DNA of 64,000 nucleotides. Origin: Eledone cirrhosa. Its lineage: Eukaryota. Where the stretch lies: positions 403,496,001 to 403,560,000 of the forward strand of contig OZ024740.1 in NCBI GenBank assembly GCA_964016885.1, in the 5' to 3' direction. The position numbers were made by a program, and so were the translations under genes. Of this stretch, positions 27,719 through 47,365 are shown piece by piece. Numbering within the stretch: position 1 is the first letter of the stretch; every line of letters begins with the position of its first letter. Below the pieces are notes generated by a model. That model made no database searches. It was not told where the DNA came from and saw only the letters and a list, made by a program, of their open reading frames with translations.

Positions 27719-28568
27719 ATACAAAAAAGAAATATCTCGGTGAGTGTATAGATAATCGTATATGGGTCTATGTAAATGTAAAAATTATTTACATATATTA
27801 TAAATATATATATTATATATATATATATATATATTATATATATCATATATATTATATATTATATATATATATATATCCGAAATAGATTAATTAAATTAAA
27901 TTAAAGGAGTCATGTCCGAGACATGCGCCATATCCACTGTAGAATAAGCTCAAAGAATAGATCCGAGCATTTTATATCATCTAGAAATTGATTGACACAT
28001 ATATATATATTTAAAATAAACATATGAAAGAATCACAGGGAATAATTTGCAAAGTGTGTAATCACACACAGCTAGGTAGGTAACTAATTAAAGTTTAACT
28101 AGAGCTTCAAATATTACCTTTTAAGAAATGATTAATCCTCCTTGTACATTAAAGAAATATATTTCTCTAAAAATCCGTAAAATCACAGCAGTTAAATCTC
28201 AGATCATCAGCAAGGAGGAAGAAATAACTGTCTGTGTTTACGCATCAAATACAAATCTGCGAGAGACCCGTCGAGCGTGCTGCAATTCTAAAACTACTAA
28301 CAACATGCTAACGTCCTCCCATTGGCGTGAATAGGGTGGTCGACAGCTATAAATAGCAGCCATGTCCTTTAAACCGATTTAGCTCTACAGATAAGGAGCC
28401 GTTTATATATCCGGAATAGATTAATTAAATTAAATTAAAGGAGTCATATCCGAGACATGCGCTATATTTCTAGATGATATAAAATGCTTGGATCTATTCA
28501 TTGGAATTTTTGAGCTTATTCTACAGCGGATATGGCGCATGTCCCGGACATGACTCCTTTAATTTGAT

Positions 28569-32100
<3,532 letters not shown>

Positions 32101-32499
32101 ATATATATATATATTATATTATATTTTGAGAATAAACTCTCAGTCGTTTACAATAATTAAGCTCCAGGAAAAGGGGCTCTTCCGAGCAGTTAAATACATT
32201 TAAAATATATGATAAACACGAAATGTGTTTATATTGCAACAGACAAAGTTAGCTATTAATGAAATAAACTAATTAAAGTGAATACAATTTGTCTGTCTCG
32301 ATATAAGTCAATAAAGACAAGCTTATATTGGCAACGGCCATGATTCCTGGACAGATTTAAATTTCAAAATTCAAACCTGTTCCGTAGACGAATTTGAACC
32401 TCGAAACCTAGGCGACATACATACATACATACATAATTCATACATACATACATAGATACATAAGGATTGCAGCGTCTTTTCAGACGATTGCCGTTTCTT

Positions 32500-33030
32500 A
32501 TTTATTCTTGATTGTCATCCCATCTGCGTCCATGACTTCGTAGATGATTTTGTCGACCAGCTGTAGATCTGCATGGTTTCCGACACAGGTGACAGAAGAG
32601 AATTGTGCTTTCCACAGGACTGGTGTGGGGTCACCTTGTGGGACACAATCTTTGTGCACCAACATGTTGTTTTTTTTAGTCTGGAGTTAGTTCTACACAC
32701 TTTGTTGCATATCACGCACGTTGTTTCGCCGGGTCTTTGTTGAGTGGTGTTGTGGGTGGTTATCTTTTCATGTAACTTCAGGTGATTAACATAATCAGTT
32801 TTTGAGAGGAGAACACGCTGACAGAATTTGCATCTCCACATCAAGACTTTGAGCACTACCCTTCCGGAGCAGACGCTTCAGTTGTTTATGTTCTAGACGA
32901 CATTTCTTAAAAGTTTTGCAAGTGCCCTTTATACGCTTCCTCCACTCATCCCTATTTAGAGCTATCTCCTCCCAGTTGTTTATATCAAATGCCAACTCTT
33001 TGAGGTTGTTTATAATGCTGTCCTTGCATA
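32500..33030 (-). mobile_element. LINE 3' fragment (RTE/BovB-like) with C2H2 zinc-finger remnants
   Basis: KDSIINNLKELAFDINNWEEIALNRDEWRKRI followed by CKFCQR...NHLKLH and CVICNKVC motifs, frameshifted. Confidence 0.65.
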
Positions 33031-33054
33031 CATATATGTGTGTGTGTGTGTGTA

Positions 33055-33140
<86 letters not shown>

Positions 33141-33142
33141 AA

Positions 33143-33179
<37 letters not shown>

Positions 33180-33525
33180 CTATGTATATATATATGTATA
33201 TACATGTATGTACGTATACTGTATATGTGTGTGTGTGTGTGTGTTTATACGCGTGTCTTCTATTATTTAGATATACACATCCTTCAAATATACATAAAAC
33301 ACACCTCTCATAATATTCACAAAAATACGCAAGGTATTTGTAATTTGTTGTTCATTAATAATTATGACACTTTGGAAACAAGGAAATTGGGTTCCATTTG
33401 GCATGTGTAAATCAGTTGAAAGTTAACGCATATACATGCACATTTACATATGTAACTTCCACATATAACGTATAGGTATGTATATAATAGATACTCACAG
33501 ACACGCATAAGCACACACGCATACA

Positions 33526-34670
<1,145 letters not shown>

Positions 34671-34676
34671 TGTGAA

Positions 34677-34888
34677 GGCGTGTGGCTGAGTGGTTAAGGA
34701 ATTGGATTCGCAATCGTAAGGTTGTGAGTTCGATTCCTGGACCAGGTGATGCGTTATGTCCTTGAGCAAGACACTTTATTTCACGTTGCTCCTTCTACCT
34801 GGAGTTGCGACCGATAGATAGTATTAGCAAGTGGAAAGACCAACGGAAACATTGTTCCCTCGGTCCGATTTGACGAAAGTCGATCGTT
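34677..34888 (+). mobile_element. tRNA-derived SINE family 2
   Basis: TGGCTGAGTGGTTAAG A box, GAGTTCGATTCC B box, TCCTTGAGCAAGACACTT central motif. Near-identical copy at 57971-58183; diverged head at 14150-14290. Confidence 0.8.
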
Positions 34889-35965
34889 AAAAATATATAT
34901 ATATATAAGTTTTCGTGAAATAGTCTTTTTCAAGACTATACAGAGCATTTGTAGTTGTCCCAAATTGAAGGATGAGTATTTTAAACTTTATTTTATCATG
35001 AGTTAAGGCTCTATTGATTTTTCCCTGGATTTCACTAAATTCTGTTGGATAAATCTATATCCTGATTCTTTTTGAATTGAGTTTGAATTATTTTTCCCAC
35101 ATCTTACGTTAACTATTTTCCCATTTTGACGCTATAGTCACTTATATATTATGGAATACTGTTGGCTTCTTGCTACAATACTTTCTATACCTTTCATTTA
35201 TATATTTATACTCGGATTTCTTTCCTAGAGTGCTTAAATTATTTGTGACTAATCCCGGTATTTAAAAAAAAAAAACCGCGATAATATTGCTTTTTGCTGA
35301 ACTCCTTATTGTAGAGTTCTTTTCGGAATGTTTTTGACTGTTGTTTCATGTAAACAAACATTCGTCTCATTCTGACGTCACCAGCCCTGTTTTTCCACAT
35401 GTGCGTTTTTTTTCATAATCACGCATGCTGTTAAACTAGCCTGCTTTTAAATTCCCTTTTTGGCATATTAATCAGTGAGAATTTGGCTATCGTGTTGAGC
35501 TCTGCTGATGATCGTATTCCAATCGTGACCATCTCCACTGAAAGTTTTCGTGAAATAGTCTTTTTCATAGGCAGATCTCACACAATGCAGCCTCGACAGA
35601 AGAATACTGCTCGACTATGGCAGACAATAGATATACCCAGGACACCATAGTGAAATACCAATATATGGAACATTACATTCATGTAACATTCTTTCCTTAT
35701 TTTAATTTATATTCCTTTGAAGTTCCGGTGAGCTGCTCTAATTTTACCTAAAGTTAATCATTTTCAACTGAACCAGATCAATAATAATCTATAATCATTT
35801 GATCCAGAAATATTATATGAAGTAGCGAAACAATTGTAAACGGCCATTATTATTATTAATATTATTATTATTATTCTCTACATTCCTTACATCAAACTAA
35901 AATATGTTGACAATCTTTAATAATGTCTTCCTTGTGAAATTTGTGGTCTTGTTTTGCGTAACTAA

Positions 35966-36035
<70 letters not shown>

Positions 36036-36383
36036 CATATATATATATATATAAGAGATGAATAAATTGAGTATAATACCAGTCTATTACCAAATGCGAA
36101 GAAGCTCGATATATTAACCCCATAGGAAAGGACACAGAGCATAATTTAAAAAAATTATGTATATATACAGTGGCAGTGGAACTGTGGGGGCTGGGGAGCA
36201 TGTCTCGCCCCCCTCTAATGATTAGATTTTCTCCCCAAACTAACAAAACACACATCAATTTGGATATGTATTACAATTTATGTACATGTTATGTTTATCG
36301 CATTTTAAAGTGCAAAGAACTAAAGTGATCACTACAACTAAATTGTCCAAATTTAGTCAATTCAGAAATGCTTTCACCGCCCC

Positions 36384-36580
36384 TACATACATGTATGCAT
36401 ACATACATACATACATACATACATACATACATACATACATACATACATACATACATACATACATGCATGCAAGCATACATACATATATACATACATACAT
36501 GCATGCATACATACATGCATGCATACATACATACATGCATGCATACATACATACATGCATGCATGAATGCATACATACAT
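36384..36580. repeat. (TACA)n/(TGCA)n microsatellite, representative of the dozens of (TA)n, (CA)n, (GA)n and (ATT)n tracts in 27.8-64 kb
   Basis: Directly visible. These tracts generate the YI/CV/HT-repeat pseudo-ORFs in the ORF track. Confidence 0.95.
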
Positions 36581-37737
36581 AATGGCTGCCCCTCGTTATC
36601 GAGTATGGCCATTGCACGATATACCATTATTAATAATTATTAATTAATTCTATCGTGCAATGCCTGTGCGTGAAGATATTTTTTAAAGTGAGGAAAGACT
36701 GTGCACTGAGCCAATCCCACTCTCTGAGTGACAGTAGCTATAACCTGAAAAGAAGAAAAGATCAACATTATCGGTAACTAGTGAGCCGCAGATTTTATGT
36801 CGGAGTTAACGAAGTTTTCTGAGTTGCCTTCTCCTAGAAGAATGCCCTGACAAAGGCTAGGGGTCCTTCACTCCCAGTGGTTTAACCGCGCAGTACATGT
36901 CTATATACATATTTACACACTTTCGGATGGCCGTTGACTTTTATAGGTTATTCCGCCCTTTGTCAGGTTTGGTTTTTTGTCCTGCAGGGTGTCCAAAATC
37001 ACCCTCCTCACCAAGTAAACTTGGTGGGGTTGCCGGTTTAGTCGCCGACAACCCGACCATGTGACAGGTTATACTGGGTTACATGTTACCAGTAGCACTC
37101 AAGAGTGACCCGACATAAATACATACATGGTGGCTGCTAACTCGTTTTCGAGTACGGCCACTACCTTATATCCATGTAGGAGAACCCCTACCGAAGCGCT
37201 GAACGAGTGTGACTTTTTAGTCCAGCCAGCGACTTGAAAACTCTGGTACAAACACTACACTTGTGACAATTATTGACACATAGTGCTGGGCCCATGGTAC
37301 CATGTGACGACAAGTGCAGAGAGATCTCCAGATATAAAACAATGCCTGTGCCGTGAAGCTTTTATAGTGAGCAAAGGCACTGCACAAAGCCAGTCCCACT
37401 CTCTTAACCAAGATGATATTTACCAAAAAGAAGAACAAGTCAACATCATTGGATACCATCAGGGTTGCAGGTGTTATATCAGAGTTTACCTTCTCCTAGA
37501 ATTCTGCCTTGACAAAGGCTAAGGGGTCATCTCTCCCGGTGATTTTGGATGGCCATTGACTCTTAAGAGCTCCTTTGCCCTTTGACAGTTTTGATTTTAG
37601 TCCTGCAGGATGTCCAAAGTCACCCTCCTCACCAAGAAACCTTGGTGGGGTTGCCAGTTTAGTCGCCAACGACCCGACCATGAGACAGGTTGTACTGGGA
37701 TACATGTTACCAGTAGCACCAACTGGTGACCTGACAT
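36581..37737 (-). mobile_element. Two tandem diverged copies of a ~540-610 bp non-coding element in (ATGT)n
   Basis: 36581-37116 and 37127-37737 share both ends (5' atgtcRggtcac..., 3' ...gcagcca..atgtatgt) and are bounded by TACA repeats. Confidence 0.65.
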
Positions 37738-37779
37738 AATTATGGTACATACATACATACATACATATATGTAAGTATG

Positions 37780-38480
37780 TATAACTTTGATTACTTTGAT
37801 AGGTTTTGGTCAGTATCGACCCAGGCCATGTCTAACTTAGCCCCACCACCACCACCATTGGTGAAGTCTTTCAAATCAGGATTTACTCACCATGGCTCAC
37901 TACTGTTTACTGAAACATATCCGTGTGTGGGATGTTTATCTGGAATTTTTTCGAGGGATTTGTTCAAAGATGTTTTTAATTTTATGGGATCTGTTTCTGT
38001 TTTCATGTGGTTTAGTGTAATGTTAAAGAGATCGGAAACAGTTGAGGTGACGGGAGGTAAAGTAATTGTGCTGTAATGTTATGAGATACGAGTTTGGTTT
38101 TTGTTGTCGGGGGATAGCACGGAGCCCAAGCCTTAGGTGTACTTTAAAGATGATGCCAACATTATTTGGGCAATGCTCAGGTGATTTGGTACTATCGGTA
38201 GAGGGTCGGACGCCATCCTTTCCAGCATAGTTACGTCCCTTTACGGTATGAGTTCAAATCCCGTCGAGATTAACTTTACCTTTCATCCTTACGGGGTCGA
38301 TAAAATAAAGTACCAGTAATGCACTGGGTAATTGCTGGCCTCGTGCCAAAAGTAGAAACAATTATTTGGGCAATGCTTATGGAATATTTTCCACATCATG
38401 CAGATAATATAGCTCGCACGGCGGCGTTGTAGAGAGTAAGGTTTGAGCTTTTCTTGTCGTCCCCAATAGTTAAGGCCTTT
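37780..38480 (-). mobile_element. CR1-like LINE 3' fragment interrupted by a SINE
   Basis: [17 protein letters not shown] and LFNI...KTSLNKSLEKIPD.....GY remnants, with a (caaagtaat)-type tail at about 37785. SINE at 38185-38363 with TSD attatttgggcaatgct. Confidence 0.6.
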
Positions 38481-38482
38481 AT

Positions 38483-38548
<66 letters not shown>

Positions 38549-38659
38549 TTGTATATATATATGTATGTATGTGTGTGTCTTCTATTTTTTAGATACACAC
38601 AACCTTCAAAATATTCACAAAAATACGCAGGGTATATATATATATATATATACATTTAT

Positions 38660-38693
<34 letters not shown>

Positions 38694-38757
38694 CTATTAT
38701 ACACACACATATATATATTATATTTACATATATATTATATATACATATATACAATAT

Positions 38758-38849
<92 letters not shown>

Positions 38850-39355
38850 CACATACATATATACATACACACACATACATACATATATGCACAGACACAT
38901 ACATACATACACACACACACATACACGTACACACACACATCTATATATACATCTGTGAGCGTCTGAATATTTTAGTACAAAGTTGGAAAGTGGCAAGAGG
39001 CAAGATAATTTAGAGGGCAGCGTAGGAGGTTGAAAGTTATATTTAGCTATCGACAATGCGTGAAGTAATATCCAATTCACATAGGCCATGTATTGGGTTT
39101 CAGAAATAGGTTTTATCTCCCTTAAAAACACACCGAAAATATAAAAATAAAATAAAAAATGTATATACACACACACACACATATATATATATAGAAAAGA
39201 TGAATATAAAATGAAAGTGCTTTTATAAAGGAATTTATTTGGTATTGACATATGTTTCTGTAACAGACGGAATACCTATGTATATATATATATATGTATA
39301 TATATAGTACGTTGGTGCGTTATGGTCCATCTGCTTCCTTACCACATTTCCTTCG

Positions 39356-39425
<70 letters not shown>

Positions 39426-39439
39426 ATATATATATATAT

Positions 39440-40490
<1,051 letters not shown>

Positions 40491-40496
40491 ATAATT

Positions 40497-41540
40497 CTAT
40501 TTATAGTTATGTATATAGTATAAACAACTATAAACAGGAAGGTCAGTAATTTCTTAATTACCTTATTACCAGTAAGAGATAGCCCAATGTATGAACATCA
40601 GTTGTTTTACAGAGCAGTTAAATAAATAAATTATACAATTATCAAAGTTGTGTTCAAATCATTTAATAGCTGACAATCGTTTCTTCCAAACTCTCGTTTG
40701 GAGTCATCGGAGCATTATCAATGTTTGCACATATAATTAACCTCCCATTCAACTGAACAATAATACATATAAATTGATGTTGTGAGCAACAGTTTCGTAT
40801 TTACAGGGTGGAGTCGATGTGACATATATTTTACGAGAATTGTACAATAATTGTACAGACATTCAAGTTCAAATTCAAATCAAAATTAAAATTAAAATCA
40901 AAAGCACGGAGTGGAATACATGCAATAGTTAAAACAAGGGAAATATTAAAGAGGCATTTAGGAAGCAGTTTTGAGAAAGGAAGAGTGCGATAACAATTCA
41001 TATGCAGGCGTGTGGATAGTGTGACTGCGTAAGTCATATACATGAGAAGGAGACAAGCAAAGCTATTATGCATATATAGATGAATAAATACTGCACTTTA
41101 AGCAAATATGTTAATGTATTAGAGTCTATGGTGGATGTTGAAAGTTGATGGTGTTCGAATTAATGTGTTGAGAAACATACAGTTTTTGCAGACTTTTCCA
41201 TGACATATGTTGAATTAAATTTTAGTTAATGTTTATATTGAATGTTTTAAGTTAGAGCAATGGATTGTAAATTAGTCTTAATGAATTCCTATTCATAGAC
41301 TATATTTGATCAACCGTTAAATTTTCAATCGTTAATTTCCGGAAGTGAATAAGGGGAGCTAATGCGTAAGGGGAGGTAACTAGCGAATTAAGTTCAATTC
41401 AGTTATTAACGTTCTTTGTTCTAATACACAATATAATGTTATACTATTGGATCTCTGTTACATAATCATGTATATTTATGCCTGATTTTAAATACAGTGT
41501 ATTCTACTATCATACATTAAAAGTTTCTTTAGATTGTTAT
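40497..41540 (-). mobile_element. Solo PLE pseudo-LTR, family B variant
   Basis: Collinear with 46285-47229 (ctatttatagttatgtatata...ggggagctaatgcgtaaggggaggtaactagc). HHR motif with CCGATGA core at 40665-40716. Confidence 0.8.
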
Positions 41541-41548
41541 CTATTCAT

Positions 41549-41702
<154 letters not shown>

Positions 41703-42973
41703 TGCATACACACACACACACACATACACCACACACAGATGGTCTTTATAATTATCACTTATTTGGCAATGTACTTTATATATAAGAATGAAAAGCAAAG
41801 TTAACCTTAATAAATATTAATAAATGTATTTATGTTAAAGTATTTTCTTTATTACTGACACTGCCTTGTTTGGTGGTGCTGATGTTATTTTCAGCTATGT
41901 TGGGGTTAGATAAAAGATGAAGGTAGAGACAGAATGTTATCAAAGGGCTGGGGGAGTTTTTAAAGGTTGTATAGCTTCCTTTATAGATAACATTTTTTTT
42001 GTTTTGTTGGATTTGCCTTTTGTGTTCCGCCTCAAAACATTCGACTGTGAGTGTTTCAGTTATTTCATCATAGGAAATGTCTCGACAATTCAATGCGTAA
42101 TTAAGCTGGTGTGGAATTAGCAGTGTCGTTAGAACGTCAGACAGAATGTTTTGCGATATTCGTTCCCTCTCTCTGGGCTCTGAATTCAGAACCTACCGTG
42201 GTCATATTTGAATATGAGTTTAGGCGAGGAATTACTCATTACGGCTTTGACGACGTTTATTCCAGATTTTCGGTCAATAGAACATTCTACTCGCTAAATT
42301 AACGTGTAAGTGGCTGAGTATTCCATACTTACGTGTACTCTTGTCGATTTTCAGTTAGATTCGGCGTGACACAACGTGCTACACGGCTGGCTTTTCCCTC
42401 CGATGAACTACAAATTGTTTCCACCTACCCAATTTCACCCACAAAGCTCTAGTCGATTAGTTGCTTCGGTACAAGACCCTTGTCTAAGATGCCATGCAAT
42501 GAGATCGAACCCAGAACTTAATGGTAGCAAAGCTAGTGCAGATGAATTCAGTCAATTTCTCTAATGTTTCGGTGATCAGAGCGGTGATTCTTCTACATTC
42601 TACCTTCTTCTAGTTGGCAAAACGAGAAACAAAAAAAAAAAATGTTCTTCTTGGGGAAAGGAGATTGAACTCTGAACAGTCTTTGCCAATAAAAATTAAC
42701 AATTATACAATTCTATAAGCAGTAATTGTACCACTAAACCACCGCGACTTTTCGGAATTTCGAACATTTAAAAAAGTTATATTGCAAATATTAAATTTTG
42801 GAAACTTTATGGTTTTACCTATTAGCCGGTATCTGGAAAATATGGAGTTCAGTTCCTCATAGCGATCGTTGGCAAATACGTTTTCCGTCATTTAAGGTTG
42901 TTCACCCTATTTTATAAGCTAACTTTACAGCATTTCTGCGCTTCCTTTATACTTATATAATTACATTAGACAA

Positions 42974-43321
42974 CTAGTGACCCGTTGGGTCACGTTCACT
43001 TCAAAATATTTTTTAAAAATTATATTCACTTAAAAATCATTTTTAAATAATTAAAATATACACAGACATGTATATAATGTGAAATCGAACTGGAAGGCGC
43101 ATATATACACGTGTGTGTATGTATATATATATATATATATATATATAGTTTTAATATAGATGAGATTCTACAGGACTAGAACTGTTTCATTCTTTAGAAA
43201 TTATCAGGAGATTCCTGATGATTTCTAAAGAATGAAACAGTTCTATATTAAAACTATTATACTTTGCTATGTATTGAGAACCTTACTTACTGTGGTTACC
43301 TCCGATTCAACCCGGAATAAC

Positions 43322-43385
<64 letters not shown>

Positions 43386-43468
43386 TAAAATAACAGATTA
43401 AAGTTTAAGCAAAGAATCGCTGCTTTCACCCTTAACGGCATCTTCAAATTTATTATTATTACTATATA

Positions 43469-43547
<79 letters not shown>

Positions 43548-43669
43548 GTGTGTTTGTATACATATATATATATATATATATGTGTGTGTATATATATATA
43601 TATATGTGGGTGTCTGTGATCTATATACACTGGTCATAGACACACACATATATATATACATATGCACTC

Positions 43670-43723
<54 letters not shown>

Positions 43724-43862
43724 CGAAGGAAATGTGGTAAGGAACCAGGTGGACCATAACGCACCAAAGTACTCAATACTTGAGGTAGTAGAGTGGGTAA
43801 TAGGAACCAGTAAGACCCCGACAGCTGAGCTCAAGCCGTTTCGACGGCTAATTCTGGACTGG

Positions 43863-43920
<58 letters not shown>

Positions 43921-44242
43921 CACACAACACCACCAGCTCTCTCTCTTCCACTCTCCTTCTCTGTCTCCGCTTCCTCTCTCTATGTCTCTCTTTCAATCTA
44001 CTCTCTCACAACCACTGTCTCTTTCTCTCTATCATTCTCTCTCTCTGTTTATGAAGGTACCCGGAAAACCCCCATATCTCGGAAATCCGTGCTCCGATTT
44101 ACGCGAAACTTGTTTTATTCCATTTGTATCCCCATTTCAGGGTCAACTTCCTTTCAAAGTATTTTCCCATTATGCGCCCTTTTGGCTGTATTACATTACA
44201 GACAAGCAAGCAAGCAATCATAGAGTTTTAGTAGTATATAGA
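42974..44242 (-). mobile_element. Non-autonomous Helitron with nested PLE fragments
   Basis: The minus strand begins A|TC (44242) and ends CTAG|T (42974), with a subterminal hairpin GTGACCC aac GGGTCAC. Both ends align to the short copy at 63776-63990. Confidence 0.75.
43165..43244. ncRNA. Inverted pair of degenerate hammerhead motifs
   Basis: Plus arm: ATTC-CTGATGA-TTTCtaaaGAAT-GAAACAG (3' part deleted). Minus arm: CTGATAA-TTTCtaaaGAAT-GAAA-CAG ttctagtc CTG-TA-GAAT. The consensus of the two arms is a complete type I HHR with a GUA triplet. Confidence 0.6.
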
Positions 44243-44622
44243 TATATTCTCATCGCTTCAAAAGAGGTAAACACTGTATTTAAGGTTTAGTGACGCAACT
44301 TAGAGTGATTAGCGGCCTTTAGACCCACCTGATAAATGAAACAATTGTTAATACTAGAAATAAAGCCCCTTGTTGTACAGCCGACCAGGTTATTCTTCAA
44401 TCTTTAACTATATATATATATATGAGCGGAACAAGTAAACATTAAACAACAATCTTTTAAATAAATTAAAATACGATTTAAATATTTACCTCTTCTAATG
44501 CTATGACCGACGGTTTCCCTTATCAAAAAATTGGAAATTCAGAGAATTTCCAATGGAAAGATATAGCTCTTCAGATATCTTTTCCAAACCTACTAGACAT
44601 AAATCCACGTAGCGGTATCATA

Positions 44623-44692
<70 letters not shown>

Positions 44693-44897
44693 AAAATGTT
44701 CAAGACCCAGACGGCAGAGTTCAAGCCGTTTCGGCGGGTATTTCTGGACTCAGAAATAGCCGTCAAAATAGACGTCGAAACGGCTTGAGCTCTGCCGTCG
44801 GGGTCTTGAACATGTTCTTATTACCCACTCTACTACCCAAAGTATCGAGTTCTCAGGTGCGTTATGGTCCAGCTGGTTCATTATCACAGTTCCTTCG

Positions 44898-45023
<126 letters not shown>

Positions 45024-45658
45024 ATACTTTGGGAGGGTCATGTTGCCAATAAGAAACACACGCACCAGTTGTTTCACTTCAATTTATTATAATAAATTTA
45101 TAATAAATTTATAAATTCATAAATTTCTGGTTGGTTGGTTGGTTCCACAACCAGATAGTTGTTTATATATTGTCATAGTTCTTTCGTCACACACTCTGTG
45201 ACCTCTTCAGTGACTGGGGATTCCTTTCTTTGTTTCTGTTATTCTCCTTTGTTCTGTCCTACGCCATTTTGTTTCTGTGTGTGTGTTGTGTGCTCAGTCT
45301 GTGCATGCGCCACATCCGGGTGTCTGTGTGTGTTTATATTCATTTATTTATTTGTTTATTTACATGTTACTGGTTGGTTGTTTGTTCTATGTGTGTGTGT
45401 GTTTTCATTTTGTCCTTAATTGTAAGTTGTGATGTTGCTGTTCCACTCATATTTTCTATTTAATTTTGGTTGTAATTCTTTTATGTTTATTGCCTCTGTA
45501 ATTTGTCTAAACATTGCGTCTTTTCTGTGTGTAGATTCTATTTTTATTTCTATGTTCTCTAATTTACTAAAAGGGTAAATTAGAGAACATAGAAATAAAA
45601 ATAGAATCTGCTAATTTTGGCATACCGCCTACGGAAGAAACATAGCTACCACTATACA

Positions 45659-45806
<148 letters not shown>

Positions 45807-45961
45807 AGTGTGTGTGTGGATTGGTAGTATTGGTAGAGGACCAATACTGCCAATAGAAGACCCCGACTGCAGAGCTCAAGCCGTTTCGACGGCTAAATCT
45901 GGACTAGTCCAGAATTAGCCGCCGAAACGGCTTGAGCTCTGCCGTCGGGGTCATACTTGTT

Positions 45962-46078
<117 letters not shown>

Positions 46079-46460
46079 ATTGGCAGTATTGGTAGAGGAC
46101 CAGACGCTATGCTTTGCACCATAGAGTTACGCCCCTTTACGGTCTGAGTTCAAATCCCACCGAGGTTAACTTTGCCTTTCATTCTTACGGGGTCGATAAA
46201 ATAAACTACCAGTAATACACTGGGATAATTGCTGGTCATGTGCCAAAAGTAGAAACAATTATATATATATATATATAATATTAAAGATACTATTTATAGT
46301 TATGTATATACTATACTATAAACAACTATAAACAGGGAAGGTCAGTAATTTATTACTACCTTATTACCAGTAAGATAAATAGCTCAATGTAAGAACATCA
46401 GTTGTTTTACAGAGCAGTAATATTGAATACACAAGAATCAAAGTTATGTTTAAAACATTT

Positions 46461-46512
46461 AATCGCTGACAATTGTTTCTTCCAAACCTAGGCTTGGAGT
46501 CTTCGGAGCATT
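46461..46512 (-). ncRNA. Minimal type I hammerhead with CCGAAGA core (family B pLTR)
   Basis: AATGCT-CCGAAGA-C TCCAAGCC ta GGTTTGGA A-GAAA-CAATTG-TC-AGCgATT. Palindromic stem III, GUC triplet. Identical copy at 52737-52788. Confidence 0.7.
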
Positions 46513-47314
46513 ATCAATGTTTGTACATATAATTAATCTCCTATTCAACTGAAGAATCATACAGATACATATATATTGATGTTGTGGACAACTGTTTCAT
46601 GTTTACAGTGTGGAATGGATGCGACATATATTATATTATACTATAATTGTACAATAATCCAAATTAAGATTAAAATCAAAATTAAATTTAAAATTAAAAG
46701 CATAGGGTGGAATACATGCGACAGATAATACAAGAGAATAGTCTAATAATTAAATTAAAGAGATAGTACATGCGTTAGTCATATATAAAGGAATGGAACA
46801 AGCAAATGTATCATGCATATATGAGTACTGTATGGCAAGGTATTACATGAAATACAAGCACTTTAAGCGAATATGTTAGTGTATTATGGTGGTTGCAATG
46901 CGAAGATATTTTCTGTATAGTTCAAATTTGTATGTGTGTAGAAAAAGAAAGTTATAGATTTCACATCCATTACATAAGTTACGATATATTTGTATTGAAT
47001 TTTTGTTATAGTAATGGATTGTAATGTATTGTAACTTACTGTTATTTAATCCATATTTATAGATTAGAGTTGCTTAGCTGCGAGAATTTTCAACGGTTTA
47101 ATATCCGGAAGTGGGTATGGAATTAAGGGGAGCTAATGCGTAAGGGGAGGTAACTAGCTCATTATAATAATTAAACTCATTGCTCTAACAGACATTATAT
47201 GGTGCCTCAATTGAGTCCCTTATATAAAATGCTCCGAAGACTCAGAGCCTAGGTTTGGAAGAAACAATGGTCAGAAATTAAATGTTTTAAACATAACTTT
47301 AATTCTTGTGTATT

Positions 47315-47362
<48 letters not shown>

Positions 47363-47365
<3 letters not shown>

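Noticed and set aside
34677-34750. SINE heads as tRNA genes
   Set aside because: A and B boxes are present but there is no proper cloverleaf, and they continue into repeated SINE bodies.
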